From positions 66,891 through 130,890 of the forward strand of contig VMGD01000001.1 of NCBI GenBank assembly GCA_007376405.1: a DNA stretch of 64,000 nucleotides. Direction: 5' to 3'. The stretch is from Microgenomates group bacterium Gr01-1014_7. Lineage in GTDB: Bacteria; Patescibacteriota; Microgenomatia; Daviesbacterales; UBA10151. The first letter of the stretch is position 1; each line of letters opens with the position of its first letter. The notes under the pieces were generated by a model that worked only from the letters and a program-made list of their open reading frames with translations, searched no databases and was not told where the DNA came from. Positions 37,949-47,343 of the stretch are shown piece by piece. The position numbers and the translations under genes were made by a program.

Positions 37949-39509
37949 CTTCTTTTCTAATTTCAACTTCCAAGGGGCCTACCATTTCTTTTCCAATAGT
38001 TTCCCAATTGTATTTAATAAAATCCCCTTCCCATCCAAAGCGGGTATAATTTCTATTAGGTTCTTTAATCAGAAAAACTAATCCTGAAAAATTCTCTTTT
38101 GATCCTTGGAATTTATCTTGACTGGGAATATATGGCGGTTTATTGGGGGAATAGACATACTCACCCGGTATATATCCATAGGTCTTTTTTCCATACCACC
38201 AGAAAAGATATTGATATGGATAGTCATAAACCGAAGGAAGATAAGTATAAACCCTAAAGTTTTGCCCTTCTGCTTTTTTATAGACATAATCTATTGCAGC
38301 TATCTCATTTTTATATAAAGAAGGATCCATATTAATTTTACCAACATCATTAAGAAAAAAATTAAAAATATTTACCAGGGCAAAAAAACAAATCAAAATC
38401 CCAATAATCGGCGCAATTAGTTTCCCCATCAAATTAAAATCCCTAATTTCTTTTAATAAAAAACCAATCAGTATTAAAGATGCACTCATCTCTCCACCCA
38501 AATGCCAGGGATTAACCGCAACCGGCAAAATCAAATAACCTAAAAATGGAACAAAAATATAAACTAAGGAAAGTATTACTAATGAGTTTTTTTTAACTGC
38601 GCTTTTCCAAATTTTTAAAATCAGTAAAATAAATAGTCCCAAAATGATCCAGGCAAGAGTCTGATGATTCATCAAAGTCGGCACAAAAGTATTAAAAAAA
38701 GAAGAGGAGATAGTTTGAAGTCTTGCTGCCGGATTAAACCCCATTCCGGATGAGCCCTGATCTAAAAAGTTAAGTACAGACTTGCTCATAATAAATTGAT
38801 GCCTTAAATCAAAAATAATTTGGGGCATTAAAATTACTACAAAGAAGATACTACCCAGCCAAAAAGCTTTCTTTTTTAATAAATTCTTTTTTATAAAAAA
38901 AGTGGACACTAAAATAATCACTGGAATAAAAATCCCAAAATTCATTTCAAAATTAAAAAATAACCCTCCCAGAAACCAGGCAGAAATACTATATAAAAAC
39001 CTTCCGGTTTCCAGATATTTAAAAAGTAAAAAAATAAAAAGCGGTGTTAAAAGTGTCACCGGATTTGGGTTAAAAGCATAAAGGTTTGTTAGCACTATAT
39101 AATTTGATGCAACCCATAATAATCCTATTGTTATAGTAATCCAGGTTCCCCATTTACTGACCAGCTTTAGCAGAAAAAATCCTCCAATTGCCCAAAGAAT
39201 TATTTCCATAATAATAGATGCATAGGGATCACCGCCGGATAATACAAATGGGATAGCCAGCAAATAATACCAAGCCGGACCGTTAAACAATCCTTCGATT
39301 GCAGAGGTTGGACCAATCAACCTGAGTTTGTGTAAAACTACCATTTCTCTCACATCCACCATATCTCTGGCATTATCCATGTTAAAAAGAAAATTTCCAT
39401 TCCAGGTAAGAAACAGTCTATATAAGATTCCTGCCAGTAAAATGCCCAGAATTAATTTACTGTTTCGCATCTGATTTTGGTTTTCTAAATTGGAGAATGA
39501 GTCCCTCAT
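37935..39509 (-). CDS. GT-C-like polytopic membrane protein, 'DxARD...GPPTS' family
   Basis: 524 aa. 'FNMDNARDMVDVREMVVLHKLRLIGPTSAIEGLFNGPAWYY' after TM1. Paralog of 39457..40950, of 42686..44158, and of the C-domain of 21610..23799. Confidence 0.55.
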   Translation of the reverse strand: MRDSFSNLENQNQMRNSKLILGILLAGILYRLFLTWNGNFLFNMDNARDMVDVREMVVLHKLRLIGPTSAIEGLFNGPAWYYLLAIPFVLSGGDPYASIIMEIILWAIGGFFLLKLVSKWGTWITITIGLLWVASNYIVLTNLYAFNPNPVTLLTPLFIFLLFKYLETGRFLYSISAWFLGGLFFNFEMNFGIFIPVIILVSTFFIKKNLLKKKAFWLGSIFFVVILMPQIIFDLRHQFIMSKSVLNFLDQGSSGMGFNPAARLQTISSSFFNTFVPTLMNHQTLAWIILGLFILLILKIWKSAVKKNSLVILSLVYIFVPFLGYLILPVAVNPWHLGGEMSASLILIGFLLKEIRDFNLMGKLIAPIIGILICFFALVNIFNFFLNDVGKINMDPSLYKNEIAAIDYVYKKAEGQNFRVYTYLPSVYDYPYQYLFWWYGKKTYGYIPGEYVYSPNKPPYIPSQDKFQGSKENFSGLVFLIKEPNRNYTRFGWEGDFIKYNWETIGKEMVGPLEVEIRKEVNWQ

Positions 39510-40950
39510 ATTTAATTTCGCTAATCAAATCTGTTTTACTGTTTTCGGAACCTATTTCAAGATTAAATTCAGTATCCGGTATCCCCACGTGCGGTTCTAT
39601 TATAAAAAAACTTTTATCCAATGGTTTATCTATCTTTTTCAAATCATTAACTCCTAAAAGCCCGACTTGATCATGACCGGTAAATTCCGGGACATATCCG
39701 TATTTTTGTTTACCGTACCATGAATAAAGATAGGCCCAAGTAGTATTTGTCCAAAGCGGCAAAGTTAAAGTATTTATGGAAAACGGTTGACCTTCTGCTT
39801 TTTTATAAGTTTGATCAATTAAATCGATTTGATTTTTCAAAACCATATCATTAGGAATAACTAAAATGATTTGTCCTAAAGGAGAATTTTTAAAATGGGA
39901 GTAAAGATTAGATACAATAATTAAAAGAACTAACAACACAGCAAGGACCTTACTCCATTTAGTAAGAATTTTTATCATGTTGATAACGGCCAAAATTGCT
40001 CCAACCACTAACCCCACATTTGCATATGTATTACTATGCCCTCCGAAAATAAAAATAGGAAAATTTGAAAACAGATAAAAAAGTATTAACTTTTCTTTTC
40101 TAAGAAATGGCAAAACAACTAAAGCCAAAAGCCCCCCTAAAAAAACATTTGTTGGGAAAAAGTTATAAATAAAAATCTCAGAAAACCTATCCACATAATT
40201 TAACAAGGCTTGGCTAAATGGTGGCCTGAAATCAACTTGGGTAGCGGTGGCAATATTTAGAAAGCCACCCAGAAATGTTTGAAGAGTTTGAAATTTAATG
40301 GCGGCAATGATAAAAGGGCTTAATCCCAAAATAGCTAGAATTGAAGAAATCCTAATTTGGTTCAAAGTTACTTTGATTTTAAAAAGGTAACCAAAAATAG
40401 GTATTAAAAGTAAAAGATAAATTAAGAAAAATTGAAATTGGGAAGAGATTACTGCCGAAAGAAAGGCAAGATACAAAGCCTTATTCTCTCCCTTTTGCCA
40501 GATTCTTAAAAAGTAGAAAAATAATATAACAGTTAAAATTGAAGGTGAGGGATTTGAAAGCCAAGGGCCATATTGATTTGCCTCAAAGGAAACAGCAAAC
40601 AATAAACCTGCCAGTATTGCCCATTTAATATTTTTAAATAAATCTTTAGCAAGAAACATAATAGGAAAAACTGCTAAAGAGTTAAGAAAGGCTAAGAAAA
40701 ATGCAACCACTCGTGGATCACCTTTACCTAGTCCATAAAAAGGAGCTAAAAGATAATAGTAGAGTGCACCATGAAATAAACCAGGAGTTGATGTAGGTGG
40801 GCCTAAAATTTTTAAATCACCATTCCAAATTTGCAACGCAATAAAGGCATCTCTTGCCATATCGTAATGAAAAGAAACCGCTCCTTGAGAAATAAAAAGG
40901 ATGCGTAAAATAAAAGCTAAAATTATCAGAGGCAGTATAATTTTTAACAC
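39457..40950 (-). CDS. GT-C-like polytopic membrane protein, 'DxARD...GPPTS' family
   Basis: 497 aa. 'HYDMARDAFIALQIWNGDLKILGPPTSTPGLFHGALYYY'. The start at 40950 is a GTG in the ORF track. TM1 precedes the first ATG, so a non-ATG start is plausible. Confidence 0.5.
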   Translation of the reverse strand: MLKIILPLIILAFILRILFISQGAVSFHYDMARDAFIALQIWNGDLKILGPPTSTPGLFHGALYYYLLAPFYGLGKGDPRVVAFFLAFLNSLAVFPIMFLAKDLFKNIKWAILAGLLFAVSFEANQYGPWLSNPSPSILTVILFFYFLRIWQKGENKALYLAFLSAVISSQFQFFLIYLLLLIPIFGYLFKIKVTLNQIRISSILAILGLSPFIIAAIKFQTLQTFLGGFLNIATATQVDFRPPFSQALLNYVDRFSEIFIYNFFPTNVFLGGLLALVVLPFLRKEKLILFYLFSNFPIFIFGGHSNTYANVGLVVGAILAVINMIKILTKWSKVLAVLLVLLIIVSNLYSHFKNSPLGQIILVIPNDMVLKNQIDLIDQTYKKAEGQPFSINTLTLPLWTNTTWAYLYSWYGKQKYGYVPEFTGHDQVGLLGVNDLKKIDKPLDKSFFIIEPHVGIPDTEFNLEIGSENSKTDLISEIKYEGLILQFRKPKSDAKQ

Positions 40951-41011
40951 TACACCAATATAATCTTACTTTTAAAAACTTGCAATAGGATTTAGTATAA
41001 TAACTTATGTT

Positions 41012-41938
41012 ATGAATATTTTAGTCACGGGCGGAGCAGGTTTTATCGGTTCTAATGTCACAAAACTATTGCTTGACGAGGGGCACAGCGTAACCGTAGT
41101 TGATAATCTATCAAAAGGACATAAAGAAAATATAGACCAGCGAGCAACTTTTGTGCAGGCGGATTTATTAGACCAACCAAAATTGGAAGAAATTTTACCG
41201 GAAACAGATGCTGTTATTCACATGGCTTCCTTAATAGAAGTAGGCGAGTCAGTTAAAAAACCTGTTGAATTTAGCGAAAATAACATTATCGGCACTGTTA
41301 AACTTCTGGAAGCTATGAAAAATACCGGCGTAAAAAAAATTATCTTTTCTTCCAGTGCCTGCGTTTATGGAACTCCATCTAAGCTACCTATTACCGAAGA
41401 TGATCCATTAGGAGAACAGGAGAATCCTTATGGAATTACCAAAGTTACAATGGAAGAGTTTTGTATTCTTTACCATAGCCTTTTTAATTTTGATGTAATA
41501 ATACTTCGCTATTTTAATCCTTACGGTCCGGGTGAACTACACCAACCGGAAACTCATGCTATCCCGAATTTTATAAAAGCTGTACTTTCCAAAAATCCCA
41601 TTCCCCTTTTTTGGAAAGGTGAACAGATAAGAGATTTTATCTATATTGACGACTTGGCTTATGCTCATATTTTGCCGCTAAATTTATCCGGCTTACATAT
41701 TTATAATGTGGGAACCGAACTTGGGGTTAAAGTAATAAATCTTGTAAACACGATTTTTAAATTAGTTGGATATGAAACTCCTATTAATCATAAAGGTGAG
41801 CGAGAAGGAGATGTATCCTCTCTTGTTGCCTCTTCAGAAAAAATTAAAAAAGAATTAGGCTGGAAAGCTGAGATTAATTTAGAAGAAGGCTTAAGAAAAA
41901 CTATTGATTTTTACCGCTCTCGCCTTTCTTCCACTTAA
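41012..41938 (+). CDS. NAD-dependent sugar-nucleotide epimerase/dehydratase/reductase (SDR; GalE/Rmd-like)
   Basis: 308 aa. 'MNILVTGGAGFIGSNVTKLLLDEGHSVTVVDNLSKG' Rossmann motif, with YxxxK downstream. Confidence 0.7.
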   Translation: MNILVTGGAGFIGSNVTKLLLDEGHSVTVVDNLSKGHKENIDQRATFVQADLLDQPKLEEILPETDAVIHMASLIEVGESVKKPVEFSENNIIGTVKLLEAMKNTGVKKIIFSSSACVYGTPSKLPITEDDPLGEQENPYGITKVTMEEFCILYHSLFNFDVIILRYFNPYGPGELHQPETHAIPNFIKAVLSKNPIPLFWKGEQIRDFIYIDDLAYAHILPLNLSGLHIYNVGTELGVKVINLVNTIFKLVGYETPINHKGEREGDVSSLVASSEKIKKELGWKAEINLEEGLRKTIDFYRSRLSST

Positions 41939-42641
41939 CAGCTGAAAAAAGCGGATAAAACATATCTTCTTTCTCCGGAATTTCCAAATTAATAAAACGA
42001 TTGGTAAATTCTATATATGGAATATCGGAAATAATTGCAATCGGAGTTTGCTCTGACCCTTCCCCCATTTCCAAAACCGCAGCTGTTGCCAGACTATCAG
42101 CTAAATTTGAGGTTTCCATTCTGAACTCTCTTCCGAATAAATCCTTCTTACCTATATAATCTCTTAATGGTTTAAATCCAAAATATCCAATTGCAATTCC
42201 AACTACTCCGGCCCGCAGCGGTATCAACCTTGAGTCTGTAATTATTACCCCTAATTTTTTTACTTTAAATTTTCTCTTTAAGAATTCCCATATTCTTTTG
42301 GCTGATTTTTGAGGATTTTTTGGCCAAAGAATATAAAACCCTGCTCCGTTACTTTCATCTATTCCCGAGGAAGCCACAAACATATTATTTTTAATAGTAT
42401 GCAGCATTTGTTTATTGGGAGATAACTTCCGCGGTATATATTTATCCGCCTCAGTAATTGCAAGTTTGTCTTTATTCTCTACTTGATTTATAGGTATGCA
42501 TCGTCGTTCACCTATAGATACTACTTTAGATGTAATTAGTACAACCGAATTTTCATTTAATAATTTAATGGCAGATAATAAATCCCAAAGATCATCTTTT
42601 GGGGGCAGAAATTTTCTTGTTTTGATTGCTTTAGTAATCAT
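41901..42641 (-). CDS. CofE-like protein (F420-0:gamma-glutamyl ligase family)
   Basis: About 246 aa from the likely ATG (MITKAIKT...). 'VLITSKVVSIGERRCIP' and 'LGVIITDSRLIPLRAGVVGIAIGYFGFKPLRDYIGKKDLFGREF' align with archaeal CofE motifs (VVCSTVISKAEGRIR; VGVIITDTNGRCFRRGVVGFAIGISGV...GRKDLYGREL). Confidence 0.6.
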   Translation of the reverse strand: MITKAIKTRKFLPPKDDLWDLLSAIKLLNENSVVLITSKVVSIGERRCIPINQVENKDKLAITEADKYIPRKLSPNKQMLHTIKNNMFVASSGIDESNGAGFYILWPKNPQKSAKRIWEFLKRKFKVKKLGVIITDSRLIPLRAGVVGIAIGYFGFKPLRDYIGKKDLFGREFRMETSNLADSLATAAVLEMGEGSEQTPIAIISDIPYIEFTNRFINLEIPEKEDMFYPLFSAVKWKKGESGKNQ

Positions 42642-42685
42642 ATGCGAATTATATCGTAAACGATTATAATGAAACCACAAATAAA

Positions 42686-44158
42686 ATGAAACGTTCTCAT
42701 CTAATTTTACTGGGACTTGTACTGCTAATCGGCTTATTTTTCAGAAGCTATCAAGCCGTAGAAAGATTTGAATTTGCTCATGACGGAGATTTGTATTCCT
42801 GGATATTCAAGGATATCGTTGTAAATCATCATTTTCGCTTGATTGGTCAACTAACCTCTGCCCCGGGAATTTTTATTGGAGGGCTCTTTTATTACTTACT
42901 TATCCCCTTTTTCTTATTTTTCAACATGGATCCGATTGGTGTAATTTTGTTTGCAATAATAATCGGCTTATTAACAATAACAAGTTATTACTTTGTATTC
43001 TCATCGCTTTTCAAAAAAGATGTTGGTTTAATTGCCGCTTTTTTGTATGCAACTTTATTATCTACAATTAACTTTGACAGATGGGTTGTGCCAACTATCA
43101 CTACTAACCTCTGGGTTATCTGGTATTTTTATACAGTTATAAAACTTGCCCGGGGAGAATACAAAATATTAATTTTAGCAGGAATTTTAATTGGACTTAT
43201 ATGGCACGTTCATCTTGCATTACTTCCCACCCTTATCGCTATTCCTGCTGCGATTTTTGTATCAAAAAAACTTCCCAATAAAAAACAAGTCTTCATCTTT
43301 CTACTTTCATTTTTTATTACTTCTTTACCTTTAATCATTTTTGAGGTAAGACACGGTTTTTCTCAAACGCGCAGTTTAATTGAAAATTTTTTTGCCTCTC
43401 ATAGCGGGGAAACGGGTATTTCAAAACTTAGTACTGTTTTGGGTATGATTACCAAAAATATTAACACTCTGTTTCTGTCTCCTCATAGTTTGGACAACTG
43501 GATGAGACCCCTATTTATTGTCCTGATACTTTCAACAGCCTTTATCTTATACAGAAAAAAATTACTTTCAAATAAAGAAATTATTCCGCCAGCCTTTTGG
43601 ATTATAGGTGTAGTAGGATTTTTTACTTTTTCCTCCAGCTTAATTTCCGAATATTATTTTTCTAATATTGAAATTATTTTTATTACTTTGGTAAGTTTAA
43701 CACTCTACCTTATTTACCGCGAATCCAAAATCGGAAAATTTTTAATACTTTTTTTGCTGGCATTTATTTTAGTTAAAAATATCTATTTTTTTACTAATCA
43801 ATATATTTATCACAAAGGTTATGTTGAAAAGAGGGCTCTGGTTGATTACATTACCATGGATGCAAAAAACAAGGATTATCCTTGTTTTGGAATAAGTTAC
43901 ATTACTGCTCCGGGAGAAAATGTCGGTTTCAGATATTTTTTCCTGTTAAAAAAAGCTCATCTAGTCCATCCCTCTTTGGATGTACCTGTTTACAACATAG
44001 TAATACCGGAAGAGTTATCTTTGAGAGAAGTCAAACAAAAATTCGGCCATATCGGATTAATTCCTCCTAAAAAAACCCCTTCAAAAGATCTTATGAAAGA
44101 AGCGTGTAGTGAAAAAAACACCAATCTAACTGATCCTATGTTTGGCTATGTAGATTAA
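42686..44158 (+). CDS. GT-C-like polytopic membrane protein, 'DxARD...GPPTS' family
   Basis: 490 aa. 'FAHDGDLYSWIFKDIVVNHHFRLIGQLTSAPGIFIGGLFYY' after TM1. Confidence 0.55.
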   Translation: MKRSHLILLGLVLLIGLFFRSYQAVERFEFAHDGDLYSWIFKDIVVNHHFRLIGQLTSAPGIFIGGLFYYLLIPFFLFFNMDPIGVILFAIIIGLLTITSYYFVFSSLFKKDVGLIAAFLYATLLSTINFDRWVVPTITTNLWVIWYFYTVIKLARGEYKILILAGILIGLIWHVHLALLPTLIAIPAAIFVSKKLPNKKQVFIFLLSFFITSLPLIIFEVRHGFSQTRSLIENFFASHSGETGISKLSTVLGMITKNINTLFLSPHSLDNWMRPLFIVLILSTAFILYRKKLLSNKEIIPPAFWIIGVVGFFTFSSSLISEYYFSNIEIIFITLVSLTLYLIYRESKIGKFLILFLLAFILVKNIYFFTNQYIYHKGYVEKRALVDYITMDAKNKDYPCFGISYITAPGENVGFRYFFLLKKAHLVHPSLDVPVYNIVIPEELSLREVKQKFGHIGLIPPKKTPSKDLMKEACSEKNTNLTDPMFGYVD

Positions 44159-44160
44159 AT

Positions 44161-46509
44161 ATGAGTTTAAAAGAAGCAATATTAACCTTAATATTTTTTA
44201 CAGTTATTACAATTGTATTTTTCTACAAAATATTTCTTGGTCTAATTCCGCTACCTACTGATTTAATTGTAGGGGGTTATTATCCTTGGCTAAGTTATAA
44301 ATGGGGTTATATCACAGGAGTACCGGTCAAAAATACTAAACTCTCTGACTCAGTATCGCTGTTTTATCCTGCAAAAGCCTTAGCTGCCGAATTTGAGAAA
44401 AAGGGAGAATTTCCTTTGTGGAACCCTTATATGTTTGGGGGATATCCTCTTTTTGCTAGTGTTTCGTTTGGTTTACTTTTTCCTACTATGATTTTTTATC
44501 TTATATTCCAGGCTCCAATTGCCTGGACCTTACAGACAATGTCTCAATCTATCCTAGCCTCATTTTTTATGTACTTACTTTTAAGACATCTTAAGTTGGA
44601 CAAAATTGCTAGTGTTTTTGGAAGCATTGCTTTTGGATTTGGGGGCTTTTCAATTTTGTGGTTACAGTGGAATACTCAAGCTACCACCGCCTTATTCTTA
44701 CCAATTCTAATTTTACTTATGGATAAGTACTTAATTTCAAAAAAGCTTAGATGGGGGGCGCTGTTTAGTATTTTTCTTGCTTTACAAATATTTGCAGGTT
44801 ATTTACCAATTATCCTATTAACTCTAGTCAGTCTTGTAATCTGGTATATCTTTAGATCAAATAGCCTATCTTCTCTAAAGATAATTTTTTTTGTTATCCT
44901 AGGAATACTCTTAAGCGCTGTTTATTTACTTCCTGTTGGTGAGCTGATCCAAATTTCTCAAAGAAAAGTTGAGACACTAGGACCTGCTGGACCATTCACG
45001 CCACCTGAAAATTTTATTAATTTAATTGCCCCTGATTTTTTTGGCAATGATGCAACCAGCAATTTTTGGGGAAGAGGAGATCATATGGATGCCACCTTAT
45101 ATGTAGGCATAATAACTTTAATACTGGCGCTTTACGGTATAAGTAAGTTTTATAAAAAGAGAGAAGTTAAATTTGCTGTTTGTCTTTTTATTGTTACCAT
45201 AATAATCTCAGTATCTAATCCTCTAAGTGACTTTCTATATAAATTAGGTGTTTGGGGAGGTTCCTCTATAACCATGAATCGTGTAAATTTTATGATGAAT
45301 TTTTCTCTGTCTCTTCTGGGAGCATATGGAATCCTAGCTATTAAAAATTTTTATTCAAAGCTAAGTTTAAAACCAGCTATATTAGTGGCAGCAGTTGCCT
45401 TAGGAGTAATTTTGGGTTTATTGATATCTAAAGAAATGCTACTTAAAAGCTTGAATGAAGCCACTGTCAGTAGCGAGATAATTAGCTGGCTGGCGCGTAT
45501 CAATATCAGTTTAAGAAATACTATTCTTCCTTCCTTTTTAATTGCAGTGGGGGTTTTGTTAATCTATCTATCAAAAAAATTCCAGCGTATCAGACAAATC
45601 TCAGCATTTATTTTTATCTTGGTACTTACTTTTGAATTATTTAGATTTGGGCTTAAGTTTAATACATTTGCAAAACCTTCATTTATTTATCCCCAAACAC
45701 CTATTACAAACTTTTTAGAAAGATATCCTAATGATCGATTTATTGCCGAACAAAACATCCTACCTGCAAATATGTGGGTTCCTTTCAAGCTTTCTTCTAT
45801 GCAAGGATATGATGGGATATACCCATTAAATACGGCTAAACTTTTAGCTGTTGCGGATTCCGATAATACTGATGCAACTCCAATGACAAGATGGGGTGTT
45901 TTGCAAAACTTCAACTCTAAAATTTTGGATGAGACAAATACACGTTTTCTGTTAATTGAAAAAAAGAAAAATCAGTATGAAGCTAGTGATAAATACAAAA
46001 AAGTATTCGAGGATAAGGAGGTAGTGGTACTGGAAAATACTCAAGCTCTTCCCAGAGTATATTTAACCAAAAAAGTTATTAAAACATCTGATCAACAAAC
46101 TCTTAAGCTTTTACTAGATGAAAATTTTCCAATTAGAACAACTTCTGTCACGGAAGATTTTGAATTTAACAATGTCTCGGAAGAAACCTTAAGCGCTGAT
46201 TTAGAATATAGATCTGTTACAAACTCTCATGTAGTGATTAAAGCTAATTCTAATATTGATGCATACCTGGTAGTTTTAGATTCATTCTATCCTGGATGGA
46301 AAGCTAAAATTGATGGGAATGAAACTAAAATTCACAGAACAAATTATAATTTTAGAGGAATACTATTACCAAAAGGGGACCACATTGTAGAATTTATCTA
46401 TACCCCAGAGTCCCTAAAATATGGAGCAATGATGAGTGGAACATCATTATTAATAATACTTTTGCTTCTACTTTATCCCTCTTTTAAGAGAATTTATGGT
46501 TCCAGGTAA
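44161..46509 (+). CDS. yfhO: YfhO-family membrane glycosyltransferase (GT-C)
   Basis: 782 aa. N-terminal region 'GGYYPWLSYKWGY...FPLWNPYMFGGYPLFASVSFGLLFP' matches conserved YfhO motifs. Many TM helices and a C-terminal beta-rich domain with a final TM. Confidence 0.65.
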   Translation: MSLKEAILTLIFFTVITIVFFYKIFLGLIPLPTDLIVGGYYPWLSYKWGYITGVPVKNTKLSDSVSLFYPAKALAAEFEKKGEFPLWNPYMFGGYPLFASVSFGLLFPTMIFYLIFQAPIAWTLQTMSQSILASFFMYLLLRHLKLDKIASVFGSIAFGFGGFSILWLQWNTQATTALFLPILILLMDKYLISKKLRWGALFSIFLALQIFAGYLPIILLTLVSLVIWYIFRSNSLSSLKIIFFVILGILLSAVYLLPVGELIQISQRKVETLGPAGPFTPPENFINLIAPDFFGNDATSNFWGRGDHMDATLYVGIITLILALYGISKFYKKREVKFAVCLFIVTIIISVSNPLSDFLYKLGVWGGSSITMNRVNFMMNFSLSLLGAYGILAIKNFYSKLSLKPAILVAAVALGVILGLLISKEMLLKSLNEATVSSEIISWLARINISLRNTILPSFLIAVGVLLIYLSKKFQRIRQISAFIFILVLTFELFRFGLKFNTFAKPSFIYPQTPITNFLERYPNDRFIAEQNILPANMWVPFKLSSMQGYDGIYPLNTAKLLAVADSDNTDATPMTRWGVLQNFNSKILDETNTRFLLIEKKKNQYEASDKYKKVFEDKEVVVLENTQALPRVYLTKKVIKTSDQQTLKLLLDENFPIRTTSVTEDFEFNNVSEETLSADLEYRSVTNSHVVIKANSNIDAYLVVLDSFYPGWKAKIDGNETKIHRTNYNFRGILLPKGDHIVEFIYTPESLKYGAMMSGTSLLIILLLLLYPSFKRIYGSR

Positions 46510-47343
46510 AATAGGCAAAAGATCAGATGCCAGCAGTCCTGCATCTCCTATTTTTTCTTTCATCATCTCACCGGCCATACCATGAAGATATACTCCACAG
46601 CAAGCAGCATCAAAATTATTTAGTCCCTGGGCAATAAAGCCTGCTATTATCCCTGATAATATATCTCCTGTCCCGGCAGTTGCCAAAAGGGGATTGGCAA
46701 AAGGACTTGCAGCCACTTGCCCATTCGGAGATGCAATCACAGTATTAGCTCCTTTCAATAGCACTGTTTTCCCCCATTTTCTGGCAAGCTTTTGAGTAAT
46801 ATTTTCTCGATCTGCTTTTATTTCATCTATAGATAATCCAGTCAGCCTGCTCATTTCTCCAGGATGAGGAGTTAATACACAATCTGTCTTTAAATTCTCC
46901 CACCAATTTTCAAACCCTGATAAGATATTCAATCCGTCTGCATCAATTACCATTCTCGGTAAATTCTCCTTAAGTAACTTTTTAACCAATTTAATAGCTT
47001 GCTCTTCTTGACCTAAACCCGGACCCACTAACAAAACATCATAATTCAAAATTTTTCCGAATATTTCATCTCGCGAAATAAAAGTCACCTCGGGTAATTT
47101 CCTAGAAATTATTGTTTGAACAGAAGGAATAATAGCCAAAGTTACCAAACCGGCACCTACTCTATAAGAAGCAGCGCACGAAAGATACGCTGCCCCGGGA
47201 AAATTTTCCGACCCAGCTATGACTAAAACCTTTCCAAAAGTGCCCTTATTTGCATCCCTTGGTCTTTTAGGTAACTTACCAGCTACCCACTGCTTTGTTA
47301 GTTTGGATAATGGCATTTTTTGTACTTTTTTCCGGATCCACAA
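46468..47343 (-). CDS. nnrD: ADP-dependent NAD(P)H-hydrate dehydratase (YjeF C-terminal domain family)
   Basis: 'GTFGKVLVIAGSENFPGAAYLSCAASYRVGAGLVTLA...LVGPGLG...GTGDILSG' carbohydrate-kinase-like motifs. The likely true start is the internal M (MPLSKL, about 47316). Confidence 0.75.
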   Translation of the reverse strand: MWIRKKVQKMPLSKLTKQWVAGKLPKRPRDANKGTFGKVLVIAGSENFPGAAYLSCAASYRVGAGLVTLAIIPSVQTIISRKLPEVTFISRDEIFGKILNYDVLLVGPGLGQEEQAIKLVKKLLKENLPRMVIDADGLNILSGFENWWENLKTDCVLTPHPGEMSRLTGLSIDEIKADRENITQKLARKWGKTVLLKGANTVIASPNGQVAASPFANPLLATAGTGDILSGIIAGFIAQGLNNFDAACCGVYLHGMAGEMMKEKIGDAGLLASDLLPILPGTINSLKRGIK

